Notes: a model not told the origin generated them from the letters alone. Positions 9,591-19,965 are shown, counted from the stretch's first letter. The stretch is DNA of 55,386 nt from an uncultured Sulfurospirillum sp. (GCA_964651755.1 CAZYZD010000001.1:1-55386); one strand, 5' to 3'. Program-made: numbers and translations.

Positions 9591-10116
9591 TTTTACCTTT
9601 TTTCAATTCACGGATCATCACACGCTCTTTTGCTACAACATATGCATTCCAGTCTTTCATGTCTTTATCATGCATTAAAATAATTTCCGCAATATTTGCA
9701 TCAATACCTTTTAAATAAACAGCCATTTCACGTTTTGGAAAAATAGGCATTTCTATACGTGCATAATACTCTTTTCCCGGTATAAAAAGAGGTTTTTCTA
9801 TTCGGAAATACTCAAACCCGATTTCTAAAATATCTGTTGTATGCGCCAAAGTCAAAAGCTTTTTTTCTTCATTTTTTACCAAAGCTGTAAGCTCGTCAAC
9901 CTTTTTATGCAACTCCACTAGAAGATTAAGCAAAACCTCATCAGTCTCTTTCGTCTCACCTCGCGCCTTTGCTATCTTCAGCCATTGCCCAATTGCATCT
10001 TCCTCATACTCTGAAAGAGAAGTATACTCACGACGAAACATTTCACTATTTTCATCATTTAATGTTTCGAAATGGATCGTTAGTACTGCGGGAACAAAAC
10101 GGATATCATTCATCAA
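9580..10116 (-). CDS. hypothetical cytoplasmic protein
   Basis: 178-aa ORF in an operon-like overlap (11 nt) with the next gene. I could not assign a motif with confidence. Confidence 0.35.
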   Translation of the reverse strand: MMNDIRFVPAVLTIHFETLNDENSEMFRREYTSLSEYEEDAIGQWLKIAKARGETKETDEVLLNLLVELHKKVDELTALVKNEEKKLLTLAHTTDILEIGFEYFRIEKPLFIPGKEYYARIEMPIFPKREMAVYLKGIDANIAEIILMHDKDMKDWNAYVVAKERVMIRELKKGKSDG

Positions 10117-10121
10117 AGCAC

Positions 10122-10991
10122 CTATATATTGTCCAAAATTACAAAGACTAAAAACATTATACCAAGATAACCATTAAGGGTAAAAAATGCTTTATCAATT
10201 TTAGAAAAATCTTTGTTTACAATACGATGTTCCATATATAAAATAACTGCAGAAAGCCCGACAGCCACGTATGTAAGCCATCCGGAGCCTGATTCAACAG
10301 CAAAAAAAAGCCAGAAAAGAATAGTTAACCCATGAAAAATTTTAGACAAAAAAAGTGTACATTCTGCCCCATACACTGAAGGGATAGAATGAAGTTTTAC
10401 TTTTTTATCGTATTCCATATCCTGAAGTGAATATAAAAGATCAAATCCTGCGACCCAAAACATAACACCGATTGAAAGCATAACTGACCACATCGTTATC
10501 TCTGCTTTTACCGCTACTACCCCGGCTATAGGAGCCAATCCCAGAGAGAGTCCTAAAACAAGATGGGCTGCAGGAGACACCCTTTTCATCAGAGAATATC
10601 CACCCAAAATAATCAAAATAGGAAAAGAGAGCCAAAATGCCAGAGAGTTTATAAAATATGCAGTTACTACAAATACCACAGCATTTCCAATAGTAAAAAA
10701 GAGAATAGTCTCTTTTTTCAAACGACCATCTACACTGGGACGATTAGCAGTTCGCGGGTTGGCTTTGTCAATATCGATATCTGCATAACGGTTAAAACCC
10801 ATTGCAAAATTCCGTGCACTTACCGCAGCAAGAATACCAAGCAGGAAAAGCGACCAGCCAAACCAGCCGCCCGCTGCAACAATCATTGCGATAAAAATAA
10901 AAGGGAGTGAGAAGATAGAGTGCTTAAACATGACTAACTCATTCAAATCATGTAATATTTTTCGTATCTTATCCAAGTAAACCCCTTTCAT
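10122..10991 (-). CDS. UbiA-family aromatic prenyltransferase (probable menaquinone/futalosine-pathway MqnP type)
   Basis: About 8-9 TM helices. First Asp-rich motif NRYADIDIDKANPRTANRP and second motif DLLYSLQDMEYD are typical of the UbiA superfamily. Confidence 0.8.
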   Translation of the reverse strand: MKGVYLDKIRKILHDLNELVMFKHSIFSLPFIFIAMIVAAGGWFGWSLFLLGILAAVSARNFAMGFNRYADIDIDKANPRTANRPSVDGRLKKETILFFTIGNAVVFVVTAYFINSLAFWLSFPILIILGGYSLMKRVSPAAHLVLGLSLGLAPIAGVVAVKAEITMWSVMLSIGVMFWVAGFDLLYSLQDMEYDKKVKLHSIPSVYGAECTLFLSKIFHGLTILFWLFFAVESGSGWLTYVAVGLSAVILYMEHRIVNKDFSKIDKAFFTLNGYLGIMFLVFVILDNI

Positions 10992-11127
10992 AAATAATTT
11001 TACATTTTATAATAAAAGTCATTAAAAGTATAACTCCGACAAACAGAATCAAATATATTGAATATGATAATTTCATTCTATTTTATAAAAAAATGTTAAA
11101 ATACTACACGAAAAATAAGGAGCTATA

Positions 11128-12774
11128 ATGCACGCAAAAGCAGGAGAAAAAGCACCCGCAGCACTTTTGGAAAACATCCCGACTCTCATTGCAAATTATT
11201 ATAATCTGATTCCGGATAGTAACAAGCCGGAAGAAAAAGTTTCATTTGGTACTTCAGGACACAGAGGCAATGCCAACAGAAAAAGTTTTAATGAAGCCCA
11301 TATTATTGCTATTACACAAGCATTGTGTGATTACCGGAAAGAGCATCACATAACAGGTCCAATCTATATGGGTAAAGATACACATGCACTCTCCACACCG
11401 GCACAAATGACTGCTATCAGAGTTCTGGCTACCAATAAGATACAAACATACATTGCCAAAGATGATGAATACACCCCTACCCCGCTTGTATCTTTTGCTA
11501 TCTTGCAACACAATGCAAAAGATGACCAAAATACAAGTGACGGTATAGTTATCACTCCCTCACACAACCCTCCGTCAGACGGTGGATTCAAATATAATCC
11601 ACCCAACGGAGGTCCGGCAGATACAAACGTTACAAACTGGATTGAGAAACGGGCTAATGAACTTCTTCAGAATAAAAAAAGACCAGAGCTTCTCTCTTAT
11701 GAAGAATCTATAAAAAGCGGATATATAGAAGAGTATGATTTTATTACACCATATGTCGAAGCTTTACCGCAAATTGTAAATATCGAAGCAATCCGAAGAG
11801 CAGGCATAAAAATCGGCGTTGATCCAATGGGAGGCGCAAGCATTGGTGTCTATAAAAAAATTCAGGAACTCCATCAACTCAACATAACCATCGTCAACCC
11901 TTATGTTGATCCAACCTTCTCTTTTATGACACTTGATCACGACGGTAAAATCCGTATGGACTGTTCTTCCCCTTATGCCATGGCTTCTCTTATCGATCTT
12001 AAAAATAATTATGACATAGCATTTGGCAATGATCCTGACGCTGACAGGCATGGTATCGTAACCAAAAGTCATGGTCTTTTAAATCCGAACCATTATCTCA
12101 GTGTGGCTATCAAATATCTCTTTAAAAACAGACCGGAATGGGATGAAGATCTGAAAATCGGAAAAACACTGGTTTCCAGTGCAATGATTGACAGAATAGC
12201 CAATGCATTAAACAGAAAGGTCTACGAAGTTCCGGTAGGTTTTAAATGGTTTTCACTGGGATTATTTAATGCAGAACTCGGATTTGGGGGTGAAGAGAGT
12301 GCGGGCGCTTCTTTTCTGCGTTTTGATGGAAGTACCTGGACAACGGATAAAGACGGTATTATTCTCAATTTACTTGCTGCGGAAATTTTGGCAATTACAG
12401 AAGAAGATCCGGGAGAAATTTATCGAAAACTGGAAGAGAAGTTCGGTACTTCCTATTATCAGCGAATTGATGCCCCTGCAACACCACAGGAGAAGGCAAA
12501 AATAAAAGCACTCCAACCTGAAGATATTACTGTTGATAAACTTGGAGGAGAAAAGATTGAAGCAATTTTCACAAAGGCTCCAGGCAATCATCAGGATATC
12601 GGAGGAATAAAAGCTACTGCCAAAAGCGGATGGATTGCTATTCGTCCTTCAGGAACAGAAGATATTTATAAAATCTATGCAGAAAGTTTCAAATCCTGGG
12701 AACATCTTCAACTACTTCTGGAAGATGCAGCTCAACTTATTGCAGATACAATATCCAAATCTGAATCCGAATAA
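11128..12774 (+). CDS. pgm: phosphoglucomutase, alpha-D-glucose phosphate-specific
   Basis: 548 aa. Active-site loop TPSHNPPSDGGFKYN, Mg loop FGNDPDADRHG, sugar loop GGEESAG, phosphate loop RPSGTE. Confidence 0.92.
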   Translation: MHAKAGEKAPAALLENIPTLIANYYNLIPDSNKPEEKVSFGTSGHRGNANRKSFNEAHIIAITQALCDYRKEHHITGPIYMGKDTHALSTPAQMTAIRVLATNKIQTYIAKDDEYTPTPLVSFAILQHNAKDDQNTSDGIVITPSHNPPSDGGFKYNPPNGGPADTNVTNWIEKRANELLQNKKRPELLSYEESIKSGYIEEYDFITPYVEALPQIVNIEAIRRAGIKIGVDPMGGASIGVYKKIQELHQLNITIVNPYVDPTFSFMTLDHDGKIRMDCSSPYAMASLIDLKNNYDIAFGNDPDADRHGIVTKSHGLLNPNHYLSVAIKYLFKNRPEWDEDLKIGKTLVSSAMIDRIANALNRKVYEVPVGFKWFSLGLFNAELGFGGEESAGASFLRFDGSTWTTDKDGIILNLLAAEILAITEEDPGEIYRKLEEKFGTSYYQRIDAPATPQEKAKIKALQPEDITVDKLGGEKIEAIFTKAPGNHQDIGGIKATAKSGWIAIRPSGTEDIYKIYAESFKSWEHLQLLLEDAAQLIADTISKSESE

Positions 12775-12775
12775 A

Positions 12776-13765
12776 TTATTGCCGGAATTTTCCGGCGATC
12801 TCCTGCATATGTAAAGATTCCATCCCATATTGTCTGGATAAAGTTTTATAATGACAAAGTATCTGTTCTAAAAAGAGGATATTTTGATGAGTATCTTTTC
12901 CAAAATTGTGTGGATGCCACCAAAGATGAAAAATTTCCCCTTTTTGCGCAGCATATGTCATGCTTTTTTTGATTCTGCGTAATTTCAAGAAATCCAAAAA
13001 AGAGATTTTTGCTGAAAAAGGGCGTAGAAATCTACTGGAAGGGATATTCAACACTCCATTTTTTTGTTTTAACTTATCTATAGCCACAGTATGGTGTCCA
13101 CTGATATTGATATAACTATCCAGCAACTTCAAAGCTCGGCGAAAAAGAATCCTTCCGTTCCAGTCACTTTCCTGATATATCCAGTGGGGTTCATTTCCTC
13201 GATATGCGATAATACCATTTTCAGCCAAAACGGGTAAATATGCCTCATTACACTGATTTCTGGGAAAAACAAGACTGCTACACTGGATACCTGCCTTTAA
13301 AAAAGCTGTCTTTTGTGCCAAAGATATATCTTCCTGAAACTCCTCTATACTTTGCCCCTCTTCCAGGCAGTAGTAATGTGAAAAAGTATGTGTTGCAAGT
13401 TCCTGAAATGGTGTATTGATTATTTTGGAAATCAAATCGGGTGCGAAATGATAAGAATTGTATAAACTTTTACTCTTTTTTATATAATCATAGAGATTAA
13501 AAGCGTTATTGTTATAAGCTGGTTTTTTGATAGGAAGATTTTTTTTTAATTCTTCCTCATTCCTGAAAAAAAGGAATCCTACTATTGCCCATGTTACATG
13601 AATATGATACTTTTCAAAAAGAGCAAGCATTTCATTTACTGCGGTTGAAGTACCTTCAAGATTATCCCGGTAAGCTTCGATTGTAACAACATCACGCATA
13701 CCCCAATATAACTCAAAATCAAGCGAAATTGTAAAAATACCCCGCTTCTTCTGACTATCTGCCAT
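12776..13765 (-). CDS. polysaccharide deacetylase family protein
   Basis: FTISLDFE...WG and HTFSH motifs are typical of the NodB/CE4-like deacetylases found in polysaccharide loci. Start trimmed to MADSQKKRG (ATG at 13765) to avoid a long overlap with the upstream gene. Confidence 0.7.
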   Translation of the reverse strand: MADSQKKRGIFTISLDFELYWGMRDVVTIEAYRDNLEGTSTAVNEMLALFEKYHIHVTWAIVGFLFFRNEEELKKNLPIKKPAYNNNAFNLYDYIKKSKSLYNSYHFAPDLISKIINTPFQELATHTFSHYYCLEEGQSIEEFQEDISLAQKTAFLKAGIQCSSLVFPRNQCNEAYLPVLAENGIIAYRGNEPHWIYQESDWNGRILFRRALKLLDSYINISGHHTVAIDKLKQKNGVLNIPSSRFLRPFSAKISFLDFLKLRRIKKSMTYAAQKGEIFHLWWHPHNFGKDTHQNILFLEQILCHYKTLSRQYGMESLHMQEIAGKFRQ

Positions 13766-14576
13766 TGGTTTCCCACTGTTTTGAATCACTGTTTCGATGG
13801 GAAACAAGACAACAATCTCTACTATAATCCCAATGCATTACAATAGGTGTAATCACCAAATCGTGTGTAGAAGTATAGATATCCACTCCAAGTTTTACTC
13901 TTTGATATTCAAAAAACTCCTGAGAAAAAGAGACAAAAAGTACTTCATACTGACGTAAAGGATGCATCCGAATTCGTGCAAACTCCGAAATTTTGTCCAA
14001 AAAACTGGTTAAAATAAGACCGCATCTTGGAATAATATCACCTTTTTCATCCACAAAGCCTGCTGCGAGATCATGTTGATACTCTTCATCTTTGAGATAA
14101 GCTTTACCATCGATATGAATAAAACTATCAGCCAAAGCCGCATTTTTCTTCAACGCTTTATAAGCGCGGTTTTTTAGATTTCTTTCGGAAAGAATCTTAA
14201 GCGATTTCTTTGGAATATAACGCTTGTTATCAAAAAGCTCACATAATATCTCTTCTGATTCATTTTTATCTTCACTCTCAAGATTGTTAATCAACAAAGT
14301 TGCCAGAAATTTAACCTTTTTCTGATACCGTTTGATTAACCTCTGAGCAAGACGATCTACAAAAGAGACATTTTTGGCAGCCCATTCAATATTTTTTTCT
14401 TCTCTGGGCAACGTAAAATGACCCAATTCAAATACTACCAGCACGGGTAAAGAGATATGCGCAATTTTTTCTTCAATCAAAATAGTTATTTGATCCAGTT
14501 TTTCCTGTGACCAGGTTTCAAAATCAACTTTTGGCGGATGATATTTTACATTGTCAACAGATATTTCACAATCCAT
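13755..14576 (-). CDS. hypothetical protein (no recognisable motif)
   Basis: 273-aa ORF packed between the AsnB-like and deacetylase genes (3-nt gap upstream, 11-nt overlap downstream). Acidic, with no TM helix. Confidence 0.4.
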   Translation of the reverse strand: MDCEISVDNVKYHPPKVDFETWSQEKLDQITILIEEKIAHISLPVLVVFELGHFTLPREEKNIEWAAKNVSFVDRLAQRLIKRYQKKVKFLATLLINNLESEDKNESEEILCELFDNKRYIPKKSLKILSERNLKNRAYKALKKNAALADSFIHIDGKAYLKDEEYQHDLAAGFVDEKGDIIPRCGLILTSFLDKISEFARIRMHPLRQYEVLFVSFSQEFFEYQRVKLGVDIYTSTHDLVITPIVMHWDYSRDCCLVSHRNSDSKQWETNGR

Positions 14577-14579
14577 ATG

Positions 14580-16403
14580 TTATCCTTTACGCATATTTTT
14601 TTGATACCATAACTGATATAACAATATCGACCATAATTTATATTTATATTCTTCTTTTCCGTTTAAAAAGCTGTCACGTAATTTTATAACAAATGGAATA
14701 TCCAAAACATCATCATGTCGAAGGTTTTCCGGATTAAGCGTATCCAGCAAAAGCGTATTTAATTCTTTATATAACCATCTTGAAGAAGGGATGGAAAATC
14801 CCTTTTTGGGTCTGTCAAGTAACGATTTTGGTATATATTCATAGGCAATATTTTTCAATAAATTTTTTTTGATTCCTTCTTTTACTTTAACGGACGCCGG
14901 TACTTTAGCCATAAAAGAGATCAAATCCTTGTCCAAATAAGGTATCCTGACATCAATACCCACAGAAAGAAATGCCTGAGTACTTTTCACCAGTTCTCCA
15001 TTTACCATAAAAGTTTTAAAATAACTTCCTGTAATTTTATCTACATCTTCGGCATATTCACCAAAATAGAGATCATGTGATGTAATCGGCATCGAAACAT
15101 TCTCTGCCCCAATCAGCTGGGAAATTTCATGAGGATCAAAAAGTATCATTTTTGTCTTGACCATCTGGGGTATATTATTTGCACTGAAAATCTGAAGAAA
15201 TTTATAATATTTGGTAGGAAAATTATAGTAATCCCTGAGAATAGGAATACGATGTGGCTGGAGTCCTTTGCCTACCTGATATGCCATTTCCCGCATCTCT
15301 TTAGGGATAGACAAAATACGCCTGAATTTTTTATCGTCATCTGCTGTTGCAAAGACTTCATCACCTCCATCTCCGCAAAAAACCGTGCGTGCCGCCTCTG
15401 CCTCCACCAATTGAGAAAGAAAAAGCGTTGGAATTGAGCCCTCATCATAAAACGGTTCTTCATATATATCAGAAAGGCGGGGAATAACATTCAAAGCATC
15501 CGCTGCACTAAAATAGTGTTCATGATGTACAGTTCCCAGATGATGCGCAATTTTTGCAGCATCATCTGCTTCATTGATCGACCTCTCTTCAAAACCTATT
15601 GTATAGGTATTGAGAGGATGCTCCTCTTTTGAAAGAAGCGCTGCCAATGTAGCACTATCATATCCTCCACTCAGGAGTATATGGTATGATTTTTGATCAG
15701 TTGGCAGCATCTTTTGTACTGCCTGTTTTAAATATTTATGCGCTTTCTCCTGTAAAATAGATTCATCATCACCATACTTTGGTTCATCGTAACATCTTCC
15801 CAAATCCCAGTAAATATGTTTTTGATACTTTTTCCTGTCAACATCGACACAGATATATGTTCCCGCCTCAACTTTGTTACAATACCGGTAAATTACATTT
15901 GGCTGTAAAATATAGCCATAGGTAAAGTAATTTTCCAAAGCTCTGAAATCAATATGTTTTTGTATAAACCCAAACTGAAAGAAACTCTCAAGGCGATCGG
16001 CAAAAAGTAGATATTTTCCATCATCATAATAGTAGAGCGGTTGACTGCTTACATGATCTTTGCATAAATAAAGCTTTTTTTCTCTTCCATCATAAAGTAC
16101 AAATGAAAAAGAACCTTCAAGCAGCGTAAAGAATTTTTCACCAATCTTGCTATAACCTGCTACAAGAAAATCACTACTACTGATTTTGTCATCAATTTGA
16201 AACTTGCGACAAAGCTCAAGACGGTTAAAAACAGTACCACGCATCTGCACCATGATCTTTTGGTATTTTTCCACATCTCTTAGAAAAAGAATATGTAAAT
16301 CATCAGAAACTGTAAAAGGTTTATGAATTTGCGCCTGTTCTGATAGTAACAAATCTTTAAAACCTACAATACCAGTAATCTTTTTCACTATTTTTACCTT
16401 CAA
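14580..16403 (-). CDS. asparagine synthase-like amidotransferase, atypical N-terminus (no N-terminal Cys)
   Basis: PP-loop LLSGGYDSATLAALL and an AsnB C-terminal domain are present. The N-terminus reads MKVKIVKKITGIVGF where canonical enzymes have MCGIAGF. Confidence 0.8.
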   Translation of the reverse strand: MKVKIVKKITGIVGFKDLLLSEQAQIHKPFTVSDDLHILFLRDVEKYQKIMVQMRGTVFNRLELCRKFQIDDKISSSDFLVAGYSKIGEKFFTLLEGSFSFVLYDGREKKLYLCKDHVSSQPLYYYDDGKYLLFADRLESFFQFGFIQKHIDFRALENYFTYGYILQPNVIYRYCNKVEAGTYICVDVDRKKYQKHIYWDLGRCYDEPKYGDDESILQEKAHKYLKQAVQKMLPTDQKSYHILLSGGYDSATLAALLSKEEHPLNTYTIGFEERSINEADDAAKIAHHLGTVHHEHYFSAADALNVIPRLSDIYEEPFYDEGSIPTLFLSQLVEAEAARTVFCGDGGDEVFATADDDKKFRRILSIPKEMREMAYQVGKGLQPHRIPILRDYYNFPTKYYKFLQIFSANNIPQMVKTKMILFDPHEISQLIGAENVSMPITSHDLYFGEYAEDVDKITGSYFKTFMVNGELVKSTQAFLSVGIDVRIPYLDKDLISFMAKVPASVKVKEGIKKNLLKNIAYEYIPKSLLDRPKKGFSIPSSRWLYKELNTLLLDTLNPENLRHDDVLDIPFVIKLRDSFLNGKEEYKYKLWSILLYQLWYQKNMRKG

Positions 16404-16487
16404 TTATCACTAAATGGTATAAAAAAACCAACTGTTTTACATCATTGCATATAGATCTTTAAAAGCTCTTTGCACTATTTTTCTTTT

Positions 16488-17648
16488 TCACCTAACTTCA
16501 TGAAGAATTTGACAATATTGTGCAACAATTTCAGTCATATCAAAATCATGTGCCCGCTGATATCCCTCTTCCCCCATTTTCCTTGTTTTTTCTGGGTTTT
16601 CAATCAAATCAACCAACACTTTTTTTAAAAGTTTACTATCTCCTACAGGATAAAGCACTCCAAAAGGGGTATACTCTATTTGATTTTCCACTAAGGTATG
16701 CGGATCACTTTGAGGTGCGAGAATTTCACGTGGACCTGACAAACAATCAGTGACAACGACAGCACACTTACATAACATTGCTTCTACCATAGCATTGGGA
16801 AAACCTTCTGCATATGATGCAGAAACATAAATAGAAGCTCTTCTCATATATCGATAAGGATTTTTATCAGCTCCCACAAAATAAATTCTTTCTAAAAGTC
16901 CCAGATTCGCTGCTTTTCTTTTTAACAACTCCTCTTCTTCCCCGCTACCTACAATCACCAGCCGCATTTTGGGATCAAGCATAGAAAAGACTTCAATAAT
17001 CATAGCAATATTTTTCACTTTTCTAAGCCATGCGACCACTACAATTGTATTTTCTCTCTCTAGTGGAATATCTACAGGTTCTTTCGCCAAACTCATAATT
17101 TTTTCAATTTCATAAGGATTGTAAATCACTTTCTGTTTCCGGGTATCGATACCAAAATTTTTTGAAAGATCATATTTCGTTCCTTCAGAAACATTCAATA
17201 CCACATCAGCCCGTGGATATAATTTTCGTATGAGATAACGATAAATCCTCGATACAATTGTGTTATCATTATAAGTACTGCTGGCATTAACACGCTGACT
17301 TACAATAGTTTTATGTTTCGTTATTTGAGCAGCAATTATATTTACAAAGTCAGCCCTATACAAAAAACTAACTACTGTTTTAATATCCTCTTTTTGAACA
17401 TACGTAGCTAATTTCAATGCATATAGAGGAATAGAGAGTGTTTTGAGCACACTTTTACCTTCACTTTTATGTTTTGACAAAATAGTTACTTTAATATGAT
17501 CAGGAATATCAAATACAATATCATCTTCAAGCATAATCAGTTCAATATCAAACTCATTGCATTGAAGATTCTGTAACAGCAGTGACATTACCCTTTCTGC
17601 CCCTCCGGGAGTAAGTGAATTGATTAAAAATGCAATCTTGTATTTCAA
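16488..17648 (-). CDS. glycosyltransferase family 4
   Basis: N-terminal GGAERV motif and C-terminal ASYAEGFPNAMVEAMLCKCAVVVTD (E-x7-E region) of GT-B GT4 enzymes. Confidence 0.8.
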   Translation of the reverse strand: MKYKIAFLINSLTPGGAERVMSLLLQNLQCNEFDIELIMLEDDIVFDIPDHIKVTILSKHKSEGKSVLKTLSIPLYALKLATYVQKEDIKTVVSFLYRADFVNIIAAQITKHKTIVSQRVNASSTYNDNTIVSRIYRYLIRKLYPRADVVLNVSEGTKYDLSKNFGIDTRKQKVIYNPYEIEKIMSLAKEPVDIPLERENTIVVVAWLRKVKNIAMIIEVFSMLDPKMRLVIVGSGEEEELLKRKAANLGLLERIYFVGADKNPYRYMRRASIYVSASYAEGFPNAMVEAMLCKCAVVVTDCLSGPREILAPQSDPHTLVENQIEYTPFGVLYPVGDSKLLKKVLVDLIENPEKTRKMGEEGYQRAHDFDMTEIVAQYCQILHEVR

Positions 17649-17792
17649 TATATTTCCTTCAAAAACAAAGATAAAACTATTATACTATAAACAGTAGTAA
17701 ATATCAAATTTAATTTACTTTTAATATAAAAATTACTATTATAAGTAAATTATATTATACATAAATACCCCTTCTGCATCGGAACAGCAAAA

Positions 17793-18788
17793 ATGATATA
17801 TCATGAGGTTTTAACCAAAGAACTGCTTGAACCTACAATCCAGGAAATAACTCCATTTCACACTCAAGGGTGGAGAAAAATGCTTGAAACCTGTATGAAT
17901 TACAATGCAACTGCTGTTCTGAGCTCAAGAAAAAATGAACCTTTGTTATTGACCTTTTTTTTTACAACAAAAAAAGGCATTTTCCATTTTGCAGGTTCTC
18001 CGATTCCAGGCAGTATGACTCCTTTTTTAGATCCTGTCTGGCTTAAAGAACTAAATACTTCTGAAAAAAATGAAATTTTCAGAGAACAATATCATTTTAT
18101 ACAAAAACAAAAAACAAAATATGCTTATATCGAATACCGATTCCAAAACTACAACGATGCAAAAGCACTTGTACAAAATACCAACTTGATACTAAGCAAA
18201 CCCCAGACTTATTATTTAGAGCTCAATTCAGGATCAGAAGGTGCCTGGAAAAATATTAAAAGCAGAACCAGAACAAAAATCAACAAAGCCAGGAAAAAAG
18301 GGGTTGTTGTTGAAGAGATAACTGATCTTTCCGAAGCACTGGAACTTGTTCCTTACTTTTACCAACTGCTTAAAGAAGTTTTCCAAAAATCCAACCAAAA
18401 ACCGGGTCAAACCGAACTTTGTTATGAACAACTCATACAGAAAATGCTGCCCAAGAATTTACTCTTTATAAAATGTTCTATAAATGACGATATAGCAACA
18501 ATGGGTATCTTCCCCTATGATAAAAAAATGATTTACTATTTAAGCGGTGTTTCAAACCAACTTGGATATCGCAATGAGGCAAATGCCCTGATGCATTGGC
18601 ATGTAATTGACTTTGCACTCCAAAAAGGAATCGGTCTTTATGATATGGGAGGGAAAGGTATTGCATCTATAGACAGATTTAAGGAGTCATTTGGAGCAAG
18701 GGTGCATGACTATGGCAAACTTAACTTCAAAACAAAAACTGCTTCTGCGGCAGAGTGGATTTATAGGAAAATAAAGAATATCAAATAA
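17793..18788 (+). CDS. FemAB-like / GNAT-fold (Acetyltransf_6-type) transferase
   Basis: 331 aa. C-terminal YYLSGVSNQLGYRNEANALMHWHVIDFALQKGIGLYDMGG resembles FemX/FemAB-related proteins found in polysaccharide loci. Confidence 0.6.
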   Translation: MIYHEVLTKELLEPTIQEITPFHTQGWRKMLETCMNYNATAVLSSRKNEPLLLTFFFTTKKGIFHFAGSPIPGSMTPFLDPVWLKELNTSEKNEIFREQYHFIQKQKTKYAYIEYRFQNYNDAKALVQNTNLILSKPQTYYLELNSGSEGAWKNIKSRTRTKINKARKKGVVVEEITDLSEALELVPYFYQLLKEVFQKSNQKPGQTELCYEQLIQKMLPKNLLFIKCSINDDIATMGIFPYDKKMIYYLSGVSNQLGYRNEANALMHWHVIDFALQKGIGLYDMGGKGIASIDRFKESFGARVHDYGKLNFKTKTASAAEWIYRKIKNIK

Positions 18789-18789
18789 A

Positions 18790-19965
18790 ATGAAAGAAGA
18801 AATCAAAACAATTATTCTTGTTGGAAACACGTCATGGAGTATGGTTAAATTTCGTCTGGGATTGATGCAAAAACTTCATGAGGAGGGATATAAAGTTTAT
18901 GTAATCGCTCCCGAAGATGAGTACTCTTCTCAAATCAAAGATACAGGATGTATTCATATACCTATTTTTATAGACAACAAAGGAAATAATCCCTTTACTG
19001 ATCTACTGCTTATCTATAAATTGCAAAAACTTTATAAAAAAATCTCGCCGGATCTTATTTTTCACTATACCATCAAGCCTAATATTTACGGTACCTTTGC
19101 AGCCAAAATAGCACAAAAAAGATCTATTGCTGTTGTAACAGGTTTGGGATATACTTTTATTAATCATTCTATAGTTTCAAAAATAGCAAAATTTCTCTAT
19201 AAACAGGCATTTCGATACAGTTATCAAGTGTGGTTTATCAATCATGAAGATAGACATCTTTTTTTAAGAGAATCACTTATAGAAGAGAAAAAAACGGCAC
19301 TTTTACCAAGTGAAGGTGTCAATACCAAAAAATTCTATCCAAAACATTCTCTTACACCAAAAAATAAATTCACTTTTGTCTTAATAGCAAGACTTCTATG
19401 GGATAAAGGAATTGGTGAATATGTCAAAGCCGCTAAAGAGCTACGCCGAAAATATAAAAATATTAACTTTAATCTGGTGGGATTTTTAGATGCACAAAAT
19501 CCAAAGGCAATTTCCAAAGAGCAAGTTGACTTCTGGGTAAAAAAAGGATATATCAACTATTTAGGACATAGTAAAGATATCAGACAGATTATAGGAGAAA
19601 GTGACTGTATAGTACTGCCTTCATATCGTGAAGGAGTAAGTATGATTTTAATGGAAGCAGCAGCAATGCAAAAACCGATTATTGCTTCAAATGTCGTCGG
19701 TTGTAAAGATTTAATAATCAATAATATCAGTGGTTTTCTCTGTCAACCAAAAGATTACAGGAATCTTGCTTCCAAAATGGAAAAAATGTTACATCTATCC
19801 ACTACACAAAGAGAAAAAATGGGTATTGAAGGACGTAAGCTCATACGTGCATATTATGATGAATCTATTATCATCAAACATTACCTTAGAATTATTAAAA
19901 CAGTAGCACCTCTCAGACAAAAACATGCATTTAAAGCCTCTTTTCTTAAGTATGATGAAAAATAA
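18790..19965 (+). CDS. glycosyltransferase family 4
   Basis: VLPSYREGVSMILMEAAAMQKPIIASNVVGCKDLI matches the GT4 E-x7-E region. 1-nt gap after the FemAB-like gene. Confidence 0.8.
   Translation: MKEEIKTIILVGNTSWSMVKFRLGLMQKLHEEGYKVYVIAPEDEYSSQIKDTGCIHIPIFIDNKGNNPFTDLLLIYKLQKLYKKISPDLIFHYTIKPNIYGTFAAKIAQKRSIAVVTGLGYTFINHSIVSKIAKFLYKQAFRYSYQVWFINHEDRHLFLRESLIEEKKTALLPSEGVNTKKFYPKHSLTPKNKFTFVLIARLLWDKGIGEYVKAAKELRRKYKNINFNLVGFLDAQNPKAISKEQVDFWVKKGYINYLGHSKDIRQIIGESDCIVLPSYREGVSMILMEAAAMQKPIIASNVVGCKDLIINNISGFLCQPKDYRNLASKMEKMLHLSTTQREKMGIEGRKLIRAYYDESIIIKHYLRIIKTVAPLRQKHAFKASFLKYDEK

Noticed and set aside
9580-10116. PilZ-domain assignment for the 178-aa protein
   Set aside because: The beta-rich C-terminal half is suggestive, but the RxxxR and D/NxSxxG c-di-GMP-binding motifs are not visible. 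Left as hypothetical.
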